64,000 bases of DNA from Candidatus Latescibacterota bacterium. GTDB lineage: Bacteria; Latescibacterota; UBA2968; UBA8231. Made by a program: the position numbers and the translations under genes. The notes beneath the pieces are model-generated. The model was not told where the DNA came from and searched no databases. It was given only the letters and a program-made list of their open reading frames with translations. Within the stretch, counting starts at the first letter, position 1. Each line of letters starts with the position of its first letter. This document shows, piece after piece, positions 10,801 to 20,049 of this stretch. The stretch is taken from assembly GCA_964291625.2 (NCBI GenBank), contig OZ220089.1, positions 896,001 to 960,000 of the forward strand, in the 5' to 3' direction.

Positions 10801-10962
10801 CAGCGGCGGGGCCCGCAGGTCGGTCAGATCGAACAGCAGCACCAGTGCCCCGGGCACCGGTTGGCCCGAGGACAGCTGCACCCGGCCCTCGAGCAGGGGC
10901 CCGGCCCCTGCAGGGACGAGTGATCCCAGCAGCCCGATGACGCAGATGACGGCTGCCTTCAT
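4900..10962 (-). CDS. Giant secreted LRR protein: signal peptide, FlgD-Ig, dockerin/EF-hand-like, CARDB, three capped LRR blocks, C-terminal metzincin-type (M66-like) zinc peptidase
   Basis: YPNPFNPST; GDVDNTG/GDVNADG; ADLVVSVSVS...YYGACV; ~24-aa plant-type LRRs (LxxLxLxxNxLxGxIPxELG); HELGHNLSLPH with DLMTYC Met-turn. Confidence 0.9.
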   Translation of the reverse strand: MKAAVICVIGLLGSLVPAGAGPLLEGRVQLSSGQPVPGALVLLFDLTDLRAPPLAATTDGSGRFTLPLATLAGVLPERFELGVNYPNPFNPSTIIPYQLPVPMQVRLEVFNILGQRVTALVDGAQPAGFHTASWDATDAAGQAVGAGVYLYRLSGDGVQATRSMLLIDGQGGIPLGRGASTGSGGEAAEEAGATAPVYGLTVSAPGLVPCVDPAFRVTAGMAPLDLLLEAPGPGPSAKAATEGRILGDVDNTGSVNFFDALLVALYSRDSSIVMPNHGDISLGDVNADGQVDLSDAWAIAAWLNDPADPALPSGIGEPVGPAASLSPDPATVAFLDDGSWHRFTVEAGEPVAVVVNPAGTTPRLEITTRSGRGNYCPAEADDDASREDGQSLYLSGCSTGEATVELRRESDGTVLNTYTFAVTASPADLVVSVSVSDSTLTPGQSFLLSATVRNQGTGPSAATRLRYYRSSNRTISTRDARIGTDAVGALAAAATGAESIRLTAPSSEGTRYYGACVVGVRGESGGNNCSAGVRVRVEAGPTTGPAGDRTALVALYHATDGPNWTDSTNWLSDRPLGEWFGVTAFNGRVTRLSFSENQLSGPIPTELGDLTSLERLDLGHNQLVGEIPSELGQLANLERLDLEFNSLSGPIPSWLGTLENLTTLSLYSNQLSGPIPTELGDLTSLERLLRLGSNQLVGEIPSELGQLANLECLDLEINSLSGPIPSSLGTLENLTTLSLSSNQLSGPIPSELSKLANLTSLWLFQNQLSGPIPSWLGTLENLDVLHLGYNYLTGEIPSELGKLAKLISLNLGGNLLSGPVPPWLGKLTNLRLLNLHENRLTGEIPPELRKLTNLTKLTLHTNQLTGRIPPELGQLTSLTWLVLAENRLTGEIPPELGQLTKLTHLGFEGNAGLFGPLPVEFTSLPLEKFGLVGTQVCVPRAIQEWLGGIQRVSPYTHCRDPQWDALSALYDGTAGRSWTNKTNWASAAPVGEWYGVTTDASGRVTGLNLENNNLNGTLPPALGALANLRTLNLSLNAALSGPLPQTLTQLPLESLTLDGTRMCAPPQAEFRAWLNGISRRTGAALCTDTRVDYYALVELFNGTDGPNWTNKTNWASDAPLDEWHGVTTDAGGRVTELSLRENNLRGSVPPSLRQLNNLRDLNLSWNELTGEIPSELAQLANLSVLNLNVNQLTGEIPIELAELTHLTQLTLYGNQLTGAIPTELAQLSDLTNLSLGSNELTGGIPSELAELTKLTRLSLEWNPLTGTIPPELGQLTSLDGLVLFNSQLTGEIPPELGELTNLTELSLGWNELTGEIPSELGQLINLRDLDLERNQLTGVPRELGRLTRLRTLNLVDNELTGGIPSDLGQLTSLTELRLGRNRLDGGIPSGLGQLTNLTELRLDANQLTGEIPPELGQLTNLDNLRLERNQLTGGIPPQLGQLGQLSNLDLSSNQLVGSIPPELGDLGNLRSLNLAFNGALSGTLPEALTRLTLESLSLNETLLCPPGDADFQAWLFGIPSSRVPNCARTDGSTAYLTQAAQSLEYPVPLVAGEAALLRVFVTAGRHVEAAMPPVRATFYLDGAEAHTAEIGAQATSIPWQVSEGSLSHSANAVVPGSVVRPGLEMVVEIDPTGTLDPALGVATRLPPTGRTLLNVRSVPPFDLTLVPFLWEENPDRTVLTETEGLSPESDLFRLTRDLLPVRDFSLTVHEPVWTSVDPTSDADGQLFPETELIHAMEGASGYHMGIFRSEGQSGLRGIATTPGYTSLSILDANVIAHELGHNLSLPHSPGCGAGNPDPDYPYEDGSIGVWGYDFLNETLVSAGTSDLMTYCDRQWISDYSFAKALGYRSVSEAPRLAAAKSSSPPRGLLLWGGRSESGELFLEPAFVVGAQPVPPRLDGPYRLTGEDEDGDNLFSLAFGMPELGCGGRSGAFAFILPVEADWAGKLARVGLSGPEGVSILDGVEDPSAALLLDRRGKVRGILRDWAGAAGKPVAAPRALPEAGLEVLTSRGLPDSALWAR
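8725..9170. repeat. ~216-bp tandem duplication of a three-LRR block inside the first LRR gene
   Basis: GPIPTELGDLTSLERL...GEIPSELGQLANLE.LDLE.NSLSGPIPS.LGTLENLTTLSL occurs twice with near-identical DNA (ccagctcagt at 8925 and 9141). Confidence 0.8.
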
Positions 10963-11025
10963 GTCTCAGCTCCCCTTGGTCGAGTACCCATGCGGATGGC
11001 CTGTACCCAGCCGGATCAACGTCTG

Positions 11026-11210
11026 CGCCGGGAGGACAGTCCATGTCCGTTAGTCCTGGCTGCTCCCCACTCTGCCAGTGCCCGCAATGATCGGGCCTCA
11101 AGCCGATGCGCTGCCCGACCCGGTGCCAGAACCCGCCTTCGGATACCTCCCCGGTACCATGCCCCGCACCTCCCGCATGTCCCAGGCCGGCAGGCGCCGG
11201 ATATCGAATG
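11026..11210 (+). repeat. Degenerate copy B of the ligD upstream region and 5' end
   Basis: cgccgggaggacagtccatgtcc and ccatgccccgcacctcccgcatgtcccaggccggcaggcgccg resemble 17598-17725. Confidence 0.8.
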
Positions 11211-11332
11211 GAAGAGGTGCTGCGCAGGCGAGGCCAAGGGCCAGTTGCTGAAGGGGAGGGGCTTCTGGCGACGGTGGAGATTCTGGGGTACGGCCGAGGT
11301 CAGGCGGACCAGTGAGCAGCCCTCTGAAGTCG

Positions 11333-14300
11333 TCATCGCATCCACGAGGCCGCATCCGGCAGGCCGCGGCTGGTCAGGACCTCCAGCCCCGGTTCCGGCA
11401 GCGCCCGGGGGGCGGCCACCGGTTTCCCGGCCGCTCCGGCCCAGTCCCGCAGGATGCCCCGGACCCTCCCCCGGCGGTCCAGCAGGAGCGCGGCCGAGGG
11501 GTCTTCCACGCCGTCCAGGATCGAGACGCCCTCGGGGCCGGAGAGCCCGACGCGCGCCAGCTTGCCCGCCCAATCGGCCTCGACGGGCAGAATGAAGGCG
11601 AAGGCGCCGCTCCGGCCGCCGCACCCGAGCTCGGGCATCCCGAAGGCCAGGCTGAACAGGTTGTCGCCGTCTTCATCCTCCCCCGTGAGCCGGTAGGGGC
11701 CGTCCAGCCGCGGCGGGACCGGCTGGGCGCCGACCACGAAGGCGGGCTCGAGAAACAGCTCTCCGCTCTCGCTCCGGCCGCCCCACAGCAGCAGGCCGCG
11801 CGGCGGGGACGAGGACTTCGCCGCCGCCAGGCGCGGAGCCTCGGATACGGAGCGGTAGCCCAGGGCCTTGGCGAAGGAGTAGTCGCTGATCCATTGGCGG
11901 TCGCAGTACGTCATCAGGTCGGACGTTCCCGCGCTCACCAGCTGCTCATTGAGGAAGTCGTATCCCCATACGCCGACGGACCCGTCCACATGGGGATAGT
12001 CGGGATCGGGGCCGCCTGCGCCGCACCCGGGGGCGTGGAGGAGACTCAGGTTGTGCCCGAGCTCGTGCGCGATGGTGTTGGCGTCGAGGACGGACAGACT
12101 TGTGGATCCAGGCGTGTAGGCTATTCCCAAGAGACCGCCGACGCCCTGTTCCCGGAAGATGCCCATATGGTATCCGCTCGCCCCTTCCATGGCGTGGATC
12201 AGCTCGGTCTCGGGGAACAATTGGTCAACAGCGTCCGACGTGGGATCCACCGAGGTCCACACGGGCTCGTGCACGGTGAGATGGAACTCGCCTACCGGAA
12301 GGAGATCGCGGGTCAGCCGAAACAGATCGGACTCCGGCGACAGTCCCTCCGTTCGCGTCAATACGGAACGGTCCGGGTCCTCTTCCCACAGAAACGGTAT
12401 CAGCGTCAGGTCGAAAGGCGGCACGGCCCTCACGTTCAGAAGCGTTCGGCCCGTCGGGGGCAGGCGGGCGGCAACGCCCAGGGCCGGGTCCAGGGTCCCG
12501 GTCGGATCGATCTCCACCACCATCTCCAGCCCCGGCCTCACCACCGAGCCGGGCACCACCGCGTTGGCCGAGGTCGCCAGGCTGCCCTCGCTGACCTGCC
12601 AGGGAATGCTCGTCGCCTGGGCCCCGATCTCCGCCGTGTGCGCCTCGGCGCCATCGAGGTAGAAAGTGGCCCGCACAGGGGGCATGGCGGCCTCCACGTC
12701 CCGTCCGGCGGTGACGAACACCCGCAGGAGGGCCGTTTCGCCGGCCACCAGGGGCACGGGATACTCGAGCGATTGCGCCGCCTGCGTCAGGTAGGCCGTC
12801 GACCCGTCCGTACGGGCGCAGTTGGGGATGCGGCTGCTCGGAATCCCGAAGAGCCACGCCTGGAAGTCCGCGTCCCCGGGAGGGCACAACAGCGTTTCGT
12901 CCAGCGACAGGCTCTCGAGGGTGAGACGGGTGAGGGCGTCGGGCAAGGTGCCCGACAGGGCGCCGTTGAAGGCGAGGTTCAGCGATCGCAGATTGCCGAG
13001 ATCGCCCAGTTCCGGCGGGATATTGCCGGTGAGCTGGTTGGACGAGAGGTCCAGGTCCGAGAGCCGGCCAAGCTGGCCCAACGAAGCGGGGATCTCACCG
13101 GCCAACTGGTTCTTGTCGAGTTGCAGGTCCTCGAGACGGGTCAACTGGCCCAGTTCGGAGGGGATCTCACCCGTCAGGTCGTTCCTGGGAAGTTCCAGAT
13201 TCCTGAGATTGGTCAACTGCCCCAGTTCGGAGGGGATGCCGCCCGTCAACTGATTTGCAGAGAGGTCCAGATTCCAGAGCTCGGCCAACTGCCCCAGTTG
13301 GGAGGGGATCGCGCCGGTCAACTGGTTCCCGCCAAGGTCCAGATTCCCGAGATTGGCCAACTGCCCCAGTTCGGAGGGGATCTCGCCCGTCAGGTCGTTC
13401 CCGGGAAGTTCCAGATTCGTGAGATTGGTCAACTGCACCAGTTCGGAGGGGATCTCGCCCGTGAGGTTGTTGGCAAGCAAGAGTCTTTCGAGATTGGCGA
13501 GGCCTGCCAGTTCCGGGGGGATCTCGCCCGTCAGGAGGCGGTTGCCGACAAGCTCCAACTTTCGCAGATTGGCGAGTTGTCCCAGTTCGCGGGGGATGGT
13601 GCCCGTCAACTGGGTGTACCAGATCTCCAGGGTTTCGAGGTTCTTGAGACGTCCCAGTTCCGGGGGTATCGCACCCTCCAAGGGGTTCCAGGAAAGTTCC
13701 AGGTTTGAGAGGTTGGACAACCGTCCCAGTTCCAGAGGAATGTCGCCCGTCAACTCGTTCTGGCCGAGGTTCAGACTCGAGAGATTGGACAGCCGTCCCA
13801 GTTCCGGGGGATCTCGCCCGTCAACCGGTTTCCGAAGAGGTCCAGGTTCGAGAGGTTGCTGAGTTGCCCCAGTTCCGGGGGGATCTCGCCCGACAACTCG
13901 TTCCTTCCGACGTCGGGACTGTTGCTCGCCAAATCCAGATTTCTGAGGTGCTCCAGTTGCCCCAGCTCGGGTACTACCGGTCCCCGCAGTCTGTTGTGCC
14001 TCAGATTCAGTTCGGTCACGCGCCCGCCGGTATCGGTGGTCACGCCATGCCAGTCGTCCAGGGACGCGGCGCTCAACCAGCCTGTCTTGTTCGTCCAGTT
14101 CGGCCCGTCCGTACTGTTGTAGAGCGCGACCAGGACGTAATAGTCGACCCGCGTGTCGGCACAGAGGGCGACCCCGGTGCGGCTGGGAATCCCATTGAGC
14201 CAGGCTTGGAAGTCGGACTGCGGAGGCGCGCATACTTGCGTTCCGTCCAACCCCAGGGCATCAAGTCTGAGACGGGTGAGCGCATGGGGCAGGGGCCCCG

Positions 14301-17300
14301 AAAGAGCGGCGTTGGAGGAGAGGTTCAACCTCTTGAGGTTGGCGAGACCGCCCAGTGCGGTGGACAGGGTCCCGCTCAGGTTGTTGTCCTCAAGATTCAA
14401 GCCGATCACGCGCCCCCTGTTGTCGGTCGTTACGCCGTACCATTCGCCCGGGGGCGCGAAACTCAACCAGTTTGTCTTGTTCTTCCAGTTCGGTCCGTCC
14501 GTCCTGTCGTAGAGCGAGGCCAGGGCATCCCATTGCGGATCGCGGCAATGTGCATAGGGAAAAAGGCGCTCTATTCCCTCGAGCCACGTCTGGAATTCGA
14601 CGGCCCGAGGCACGCACACATTGGTGCCCCTGAGCCCGAATAATTCGAGAGGCAAAGAGGTGAACTCTACAGGCAGTGGTCCGGACAGGCCGTCATTGTA
14701 GTCAAAGCCCAGTGTAGCAAGCTTGCTCAACTGTCCCAGTTCCGGAGGTATCGCACCTGTCAACTGATTCCCGGCGAGAATCAGCACTGTGAGATTGGTG
14801 AGTTGACCCAGTTCCGGAGGAATGCTCCCCGCCAACTGGTTATACTGAAGTGCCAATTCCTCGAGCTTGGTCAACTGTCCCAGCTCCGGAGGTATCGCAT
14901 CCGTCAACGCGTTGCTGTTGAGGTACAACTCTGTGATCTTGGGCAGGTGTCCCAGTTCCGGAGGTATCGTTCCCGACAAGGCGTTCCCATGAAGCCACAA
15001 TTCCGTGAGATTGGGGAGTTCTCCCAGTTGAGGAGGTATCGTTCCTGTCAAGACATTCAAGGAAAGGGACAACCTCGTAAGGTTGGGGAGTTGTCCCAAC
15101 TGGGCAGGTATCGTTCCAGTCAACCGGTTCTGGTGAAGCTGCAACTCTTCGAGGTTGGACAGCTCACCTAGTTCCGGCGGAATTGTCCCTGTCAACTGGC
15201 TACCACCGAGTTCCAGGTATCTGAGCTTGGCCAGCCGTGCCAGTTCCCGCGGTATGGTCCCCGTCAACTGGTTGAATCCAAGGTCCAACATTTGGAGCTC
15301 GGACAGTCGTGCCAGTTCCCTCGGGATGGTCCCCGTCAACTGGTTGCCGCCAAGGCGCAACCAGGCGAGGTTGGACAGCCGGCCCAGTGCCGGCGGGATA
15401 GTTCCCGTCAACTCGTTGCTTGCGAGTTCCAAGGACCTGAGCTTGACCAGTTGGACCAGTTCGATTGGAATCGTCCCCGTCAACTGGTTCTGGTGAAGCT
15501 CCAACGTTTCGAGGTTGGACAGCTGGCCCAGTCCGATTGGAATTGTACCAGTCAACTCGTTGTCTGCGAGTGCCAAGTACCTGAGCTTGGCCAGCCGTGC
15601 CAGTTCCGGCGGTATGGTCCCCGTCAACTGGTTGAATCCAAGGTCCAACACTTGGAGCTCGGACAGTCGTGCCAGTTCCTGCGGTATGGTCCCCGTCAAC
15701 TGGTTACTACTGAGTTCCAAGGATCCGAGCTTGGCCAGTTGGACCAGTTCCACGGGTATCGGCCCTCGCAGGTTGTTGCCTCTCAGCCGCAATCCGGTCA
15801 CACGCCCGTTGGCGTCCGTGGACACCCCCTCCCATTCGCCCAGTGGCCTGTCGCTCAGCCAGTTCGTGCTGTTGGTCCAGTTCGGTCCATCCGTCCCCCT
15901 GTAGAGCGTCACCAGGGCTCCACGGTCCCCGGCCGGTCCCGTGGTTGGCCGCGCCTCTACCCTGACGCGGACCCCCGCCGAGCAGTTGTTCCCCACGCTC
16001 TCGCCGCTCACCCGGACCACACAGGCCCCGTAGTACCAGGTGCCCTCACTCGACGGCGCCGTCAGGCGGATCGACTCGGCGCCGGTTGCGGCCGCGGCCA
16101 GGGCGCCCACCGCATCCGTACCGATTCGCGCATCCCGGGTGGAGATCGTCCGGTTGGACGAGCGGTAGTAGCGCAGCCTGGTCGCCGCCGACGGACCCGT
16201 GCCCTGGTTGCGCACCGTGGCGCTCAGGAGGAAGGATTGTCCGGGGGTCAGGGTGCTATCGCTGACCGAGACCGATACCACGAGGTCCGCGGGGCTGGCG
16301 GTCACCGCGAAGGTATAGGTGTTCAGGACCGTGCCGTCCGATTCCCGCCGCAGTTCCACCGTGGCCTCGCCGGTGGAGCAGCCGGACAGGTAGAGGCTCT
16401 GGCCGTCCTCGCGGGAGGCGTCGTCGTCAGCCTCGGCCGGGCAGTAGTTCCCCCGGCCGCTGCGGGTGGTGATCTCCAGCCTCGGGGTGGTCCCCGCCGG
16501 GTTGACCACTACCGTGACGGGCTCCCCCGCCTCCACCGTGAACCGGTGCCAGGAGCCGTCGTCGAGGAAGGCCACCGTCGCGGGGTCCGGCGCCAGCGAA
16601 GCGGCCGGACCCACCGGCTCCCCGATCCCCGACGGCAGCGCCGGGTCGGAGGGATCGTTGAGCCAGGCGGCGAGGGCCCAGGCGTCGGACAGGTCGATCT
16701 GGCCGTCGGCGTTCACGTCGCCCAGGGCGATGTCGCCGTGGTTGGGCATGACGATGGCAGGATTCCGGCTGTACAGGGCCACCAGCAGGGCGTCGAAGAA
16801 ATTGACACTCCCCGTGTTGTCCACGTCGCCCAGGATCCTGCCTTCGGTGGCCGCCTTCGCCGAAGGCCCGGGGCCCGGCGCTTCGAGAAGGAGATCCAGC
16901 GGCGCCATGCCCGCCGTCACCCGGAAGGCCGGATCGACGCAGGGGACCAGCCCCGGCGCCGAGACCGTCAACCCGTAGACCGGGGCCGTGGCTCCGGCCT
17001 CCTCCTCCGCGGGAGCCGCGCCGGGCCGGGCCGGGTCCCGATATCCCGCCTGCCCGTCGATCAGCAGCATCGACCGCGTGGCCTGCACGCCGTCGCCGCT
17101 GAGCCGGATGAGGTAGACCCCGGCAGCCACCGCCTCCCCCCTGGCATCCGTGGCGTCCCAGCGGGCCGTGTGAAAGCCGGCCGGACGCTCGCCCGCGACC
17201 AGAGTCGCCACCCGCTGTCCAAGGCTGTTGAACACCTCCAGCCGCACGTGCATCGCGGCCGGCAACTGGTAGGGAATCAGCGTCGAGGGATTGAACGGGT

Positions 17301-17559
17301 TGGGGTAGTTGGCCCCCAACTCGAAGCGCTCCGGCAGGACTCCCGCCAGGGTGGCCAGGGGCAGAGTGAAACGCCCGGACCCGTCCGTGGCCGCCGCCAG
17401 CGGCGGGGCCCGCAGATCCGACAGATCGAACAGCAGCACCTGCGCCCCGGGCACCGGTTGGCCCGAGGACAGCCGCACCCCGCCCCCGAGCAGGGGCTCC
17501 GCCTCCGCATGGCCCAAGGATCCCAGCAAGCCGATGATGCCGATGATGGCTGCTCTCAT
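11333..17559 (-). pseudogene. Second giant LRR/M66-like peptidase paralog, split by a 1-bp frameshift at ~13806-13810 (true pseudogene, phase variant or sequencing error)
   Basis: ATG at 17559 (MRAAIIGIIGLLG, GGAGG upstream). Same architecture as 4900-10962. The frame switches from ORF 13771..20040 to ORF 11333..14233 at a G5 run, whereas equivalent repeats have G6. Confidence 0.85.
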
Positions 17560-17593
17560 ACCGCTCGACCTCCTTTTGGAGCAGACCTCAAGA

Positions 17594-17679
17594 TACCCGC
17601 CAGGAGGACAGTTCCTGTCCTCTTGTCTCCGCCCCTTCCCGACGAGGCAGGAGGCCCCCTTCGTATATTCCCCCCTGCC
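17594..17679. promoter_or_regulatory. Divergent intergenic region between the LRR gene and ligD (intact copy C of the repeated element)
   Basis: Lies between divergent starts 17559 and 17680. The motif cgcc(a/g)ggaggacagt(t/c)c(a/c)tgtc is conserved in all three copies. Regulatory role is inferred. Confidence 0.45.
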
Positions 17680-20049
17680 ATGCCCCGCACCTCGCGCATG
17701 ACCCTGGTCGGCAAGCGCCGCATCGAGCTGTCCAACCTCGAGAAGGTGCTGTGGCCCGAGGACGGCGTCCTCAAGGCCGAGATGGTCCACTACTACCTGG
17801 CCATGGCGCCGACGATCCTGGCCCACATCAAGGGCCGGCCCCTCTCCCTGGTGCGCTTCCCCGACGGCATCCACGGCGAGAGCTTCTTCCAGAAGAACCG
17901 CCCCAAGTACAGCCCCGAGTGGCTCGACCACGAGCGCATCGGCGACGACGAGGCCGAGGGCAAGAGCATCGACTACGTGGTCGCCTCCGACGAGGCCAGC
18001 CTCGTGTGGCTGGCCAACCACGCCGCCATCGAGCTGCACCACGTCCACGCGCGGCGGCCCCACTTCGACAAGCCCGACTACTTCGTCTTCGACCTCGACC
18101 CGCCCGAGGGCACCCCCTTCCCCGAGGTGGCCGCTCTCGCCTTCGAGCTCAAGGACCACCTCGAGTCCTTCGGCTACCACACCTTCTGCAAGACCACGGG
18201 CCGCAAGGGGATCCACGTGGTGGCGCCCCTGGAGCCGCGCTACGGCTTCGGCACCGTCTTCGAGACCGCCAGGGCGCTGGCCCAGCCCTTCGTCAAGGCG
18301 CGGCCGGGGACGACCCTGGAGATCCGCCGCGACAAGCGGCCGGACAAGGTGCTGGTCGACGTCTACCGCAACCGCCAGTCCCAGACGATCGTCGGCGCCT
18401 ACAGCCTGCGCGGCTCCCCGGGAGCGACGGTGTCGATGCCGCTGACCTGGGAGGAGCTGGAGGGGCTCCAGGACCCGCGCGAGCACAACGTCCACACGGC
18501 GCGCCAGAAGGTCCTGGAACGCGGCGATCCCTGGGAGGCGATGGCCGCTCACGCCGTGCGCCTCCACACCGACCGGGAGACGGCGCCGAGCCAGAAGCGG
18601 GAGACCGGCGAGTCGAGGACCTACAAGACGCCGGAACAGCTGGAGGAGTACGAGCGCCGGCGCTCCTTCCAGCGCAGCCCCGAGCCCGCCCCCGGCCCGG
18701 AGGGCGGCGAGGGCATGGCCTTCGTCCTCCACCGCCACCACGCCTCGCGCCTGCACTACGACCTGCGCCTGGAGCAGGACGGCGCCCTGCGCTCCTGGGC
18801 CGTCCCCAAGGGCCTGCCGCCGCGGCCCGGGGTCAAGCGCCTGGCCGTGAACGTGGAGGACCACCCCCTGGAGTACCTCACCTTCGAGGGCGAGATCCCC
18901 AAGGGGGAGTACGGCGCCGGCCCCATGTGGGTCTACGCCATCGGCACCTACGTGATCACCCGCGACAAGAAGGACGCCTCCTTCTACTTCCGCCTGCAGT
19001 CGAAACAGCTCACCGCCGAGTACCGGCTGATCAACACCCGCGGCAAGGACTGGCTCCTGGAGCGGGTCGACGCGCCCCAGGTCGACTGGCTGCAGCAGCC
19101 CCCCGGGCCGATGCTGGCCGAGAGCCGCGACGACGTGCCCGCCGGCGATGACTGGCTCCACGAGATCAAGTGGGACGGCATCCGCGCCACGGTCGCCGTC
19201 GACGACGGCCAGGTATGCATCCGCACGCGCCCCGGGAAGGACGTGACCGCCCACTTCCCGGAGCTCGGCCGGCCCGAGGAGGAGCTGAACGTCAACGGCG
19301 CCGTCTTCGACGGCGAGATCGTCTGCCTCGACGAGAAGGGGCGCCCGGTCTTCACCGACGTCATGGGCCGCATCCACGCCCGCGGCGAGAGGGCGGTGGA
19401 GAAGGCGCGCGCCGGGAACCCGGCGGTCTGCTACCTCTTCGACTGCCTCTACCTCGACGGCCGGCCGATCGTCGACGAGCCCCTGGAGCGGCGCCGGGCC
19501 TGGGTCGAGGACATCCTGCGCCAGCCGGGCGGATCGTACCGCCTGAGCCAGGCCTTCGACGACGGCGAGGCCCTCTTCGCGGCGGCGAGAGAGCTTGGGG
19601 TAGAAGGAATCGTGGCCAAGGAGCGGGACTCCCGGTACATTCCGGGACAGCGCGCCTCGTCGTGGCAGAAGGTCAAGGTGCGGCGCACGGCGCAGTGCCT
19701 GATCGTCGGTTACACCCCGGGCAAGGGCGACCGCAGCCGCACCTTCGGGGCCCTGCACCTGGCCGAGCCCAACGGCGGCGCGCTGAGGTACCGGGGCAAG
19801 GTGGGCGGCGGCTTCGACGACCGGAAGCTGGCCGAGGTGCTGGCGGAGCTGCGGAGCCTGCCGGTGGTCGAGCGGCCCGTGGACGAGAGACCGCCCGACG
19901 ACGCCGAGACGACCTGGGTCGAGCCCCGGCTGTACTGCGAGGTCCAGTATGCCAGCCACGCCAACACCGGCGCCCTGCGGGAGGCCGTCTTCCTGCGCCT
20001 GCGGCCCGACCTGACCGATCCCCCCAGCAAAGAGGAGCAAGCCCCATGA
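17680..20049 (+). CDS. ligD: NHEJ DNA ligase D (polymerase - phosphoesterase - ATP-dependent ligase)
   Basis: Pol: LSNLEKVLWP, FDLDP, KTTGRKGIHV. PE: HASRLHYDLRLE, SWAVPKG, VEDHP. Ligase: EIKWDGIR, EGIVAK, WQKVK. Confidence 0.96.
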   Translation: MPRTSRMTLVGKRRIELSNLEKVLWPEDGVLKAEMVHYYLAMAPTILAHIKGRPLSLVRFPDGIHGESFFQKNRPKYSPEWLDHERIGDDEAEGKSIDYVVASDEASLVWLANHAAIELHHVHARRPHFDKPDYFVFDLDPPEGTPFPEVAALAFELKDHLESFGYHTFCKTTGRKGIHVVAPLEPRYGFGTVFETARALAQPFVKARPGTTLEIRRDKRPDKVLVDVYRNRQSQTIVGAYSLRGSPGATVSMPLTWEELEGLQDPREHNVHTARQKVLERGDPWEAMAAHAVRLHTDRETAPSQKRETGESRTYKTPEQLEEYERRRSFQRSPEPAPGPEGGEGMAFVLHRHHASRLHYDLRLEQDGALRSWAVPKGLPPRPGVKRLAVNVEDHPLEYLTFEGEIPKGEYGAGPMWVYAIGTYVITRDKKDASFYFRLQSKQLTAEYRLINTRGKDWLLERVDAPQVDWLQQPPGPMLAESRDDVPAGDDWLHEIKWDGIRATVAVDDGQVCIRTRPGKDVTAHFPELGRPEEELNVNGAVFDGEIVCLDEKGRPVFTDVMGRIHARGERAVEKARAGNPAVCYLFDCLYLDGRPIVDEPLERRRAWVEDILRQPGGSYRLSQAFDDGEALFAAARELGVEGIVAKERDSRYIPGQRASSWQKVKVRRTAQCLIVGYTPGKGDRSRTFGALHLAEPNGGALRYRGKVGGGFDDRKLAEVLAELRSLPVVERPVDERPPDDAETTWVEPRLYCEVQYASHANTGALREAVFLRLRPDLTDPPSKEEQAP

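Noticed and set aside
4726-11210. Integron attC sites or IS ends at the array junctions
   Set aside because: No integrase or transposase in the window and no clear attC-like inverted structure; the repeats match the ligD 5' region instead.
4900-17559. Diversity-generating retroelement as the cause of LRR variation
   Set aside because: No reverse transcriptase and no template/variable repeat pair with adenine-specific differences are visible.
15292-17679. N-terminal extension of the 1585-aa ligD ORF
   Set aside because: Antisense to the LRR gene; LigD similarity begins at 17680.
17560-20040. N-terminal 827 aa of the 2089-aa ORF 13771..20040
   Set aside because: Antisense to ligD; the real start is ATG 17559, which has an RBS and a signal peptide.
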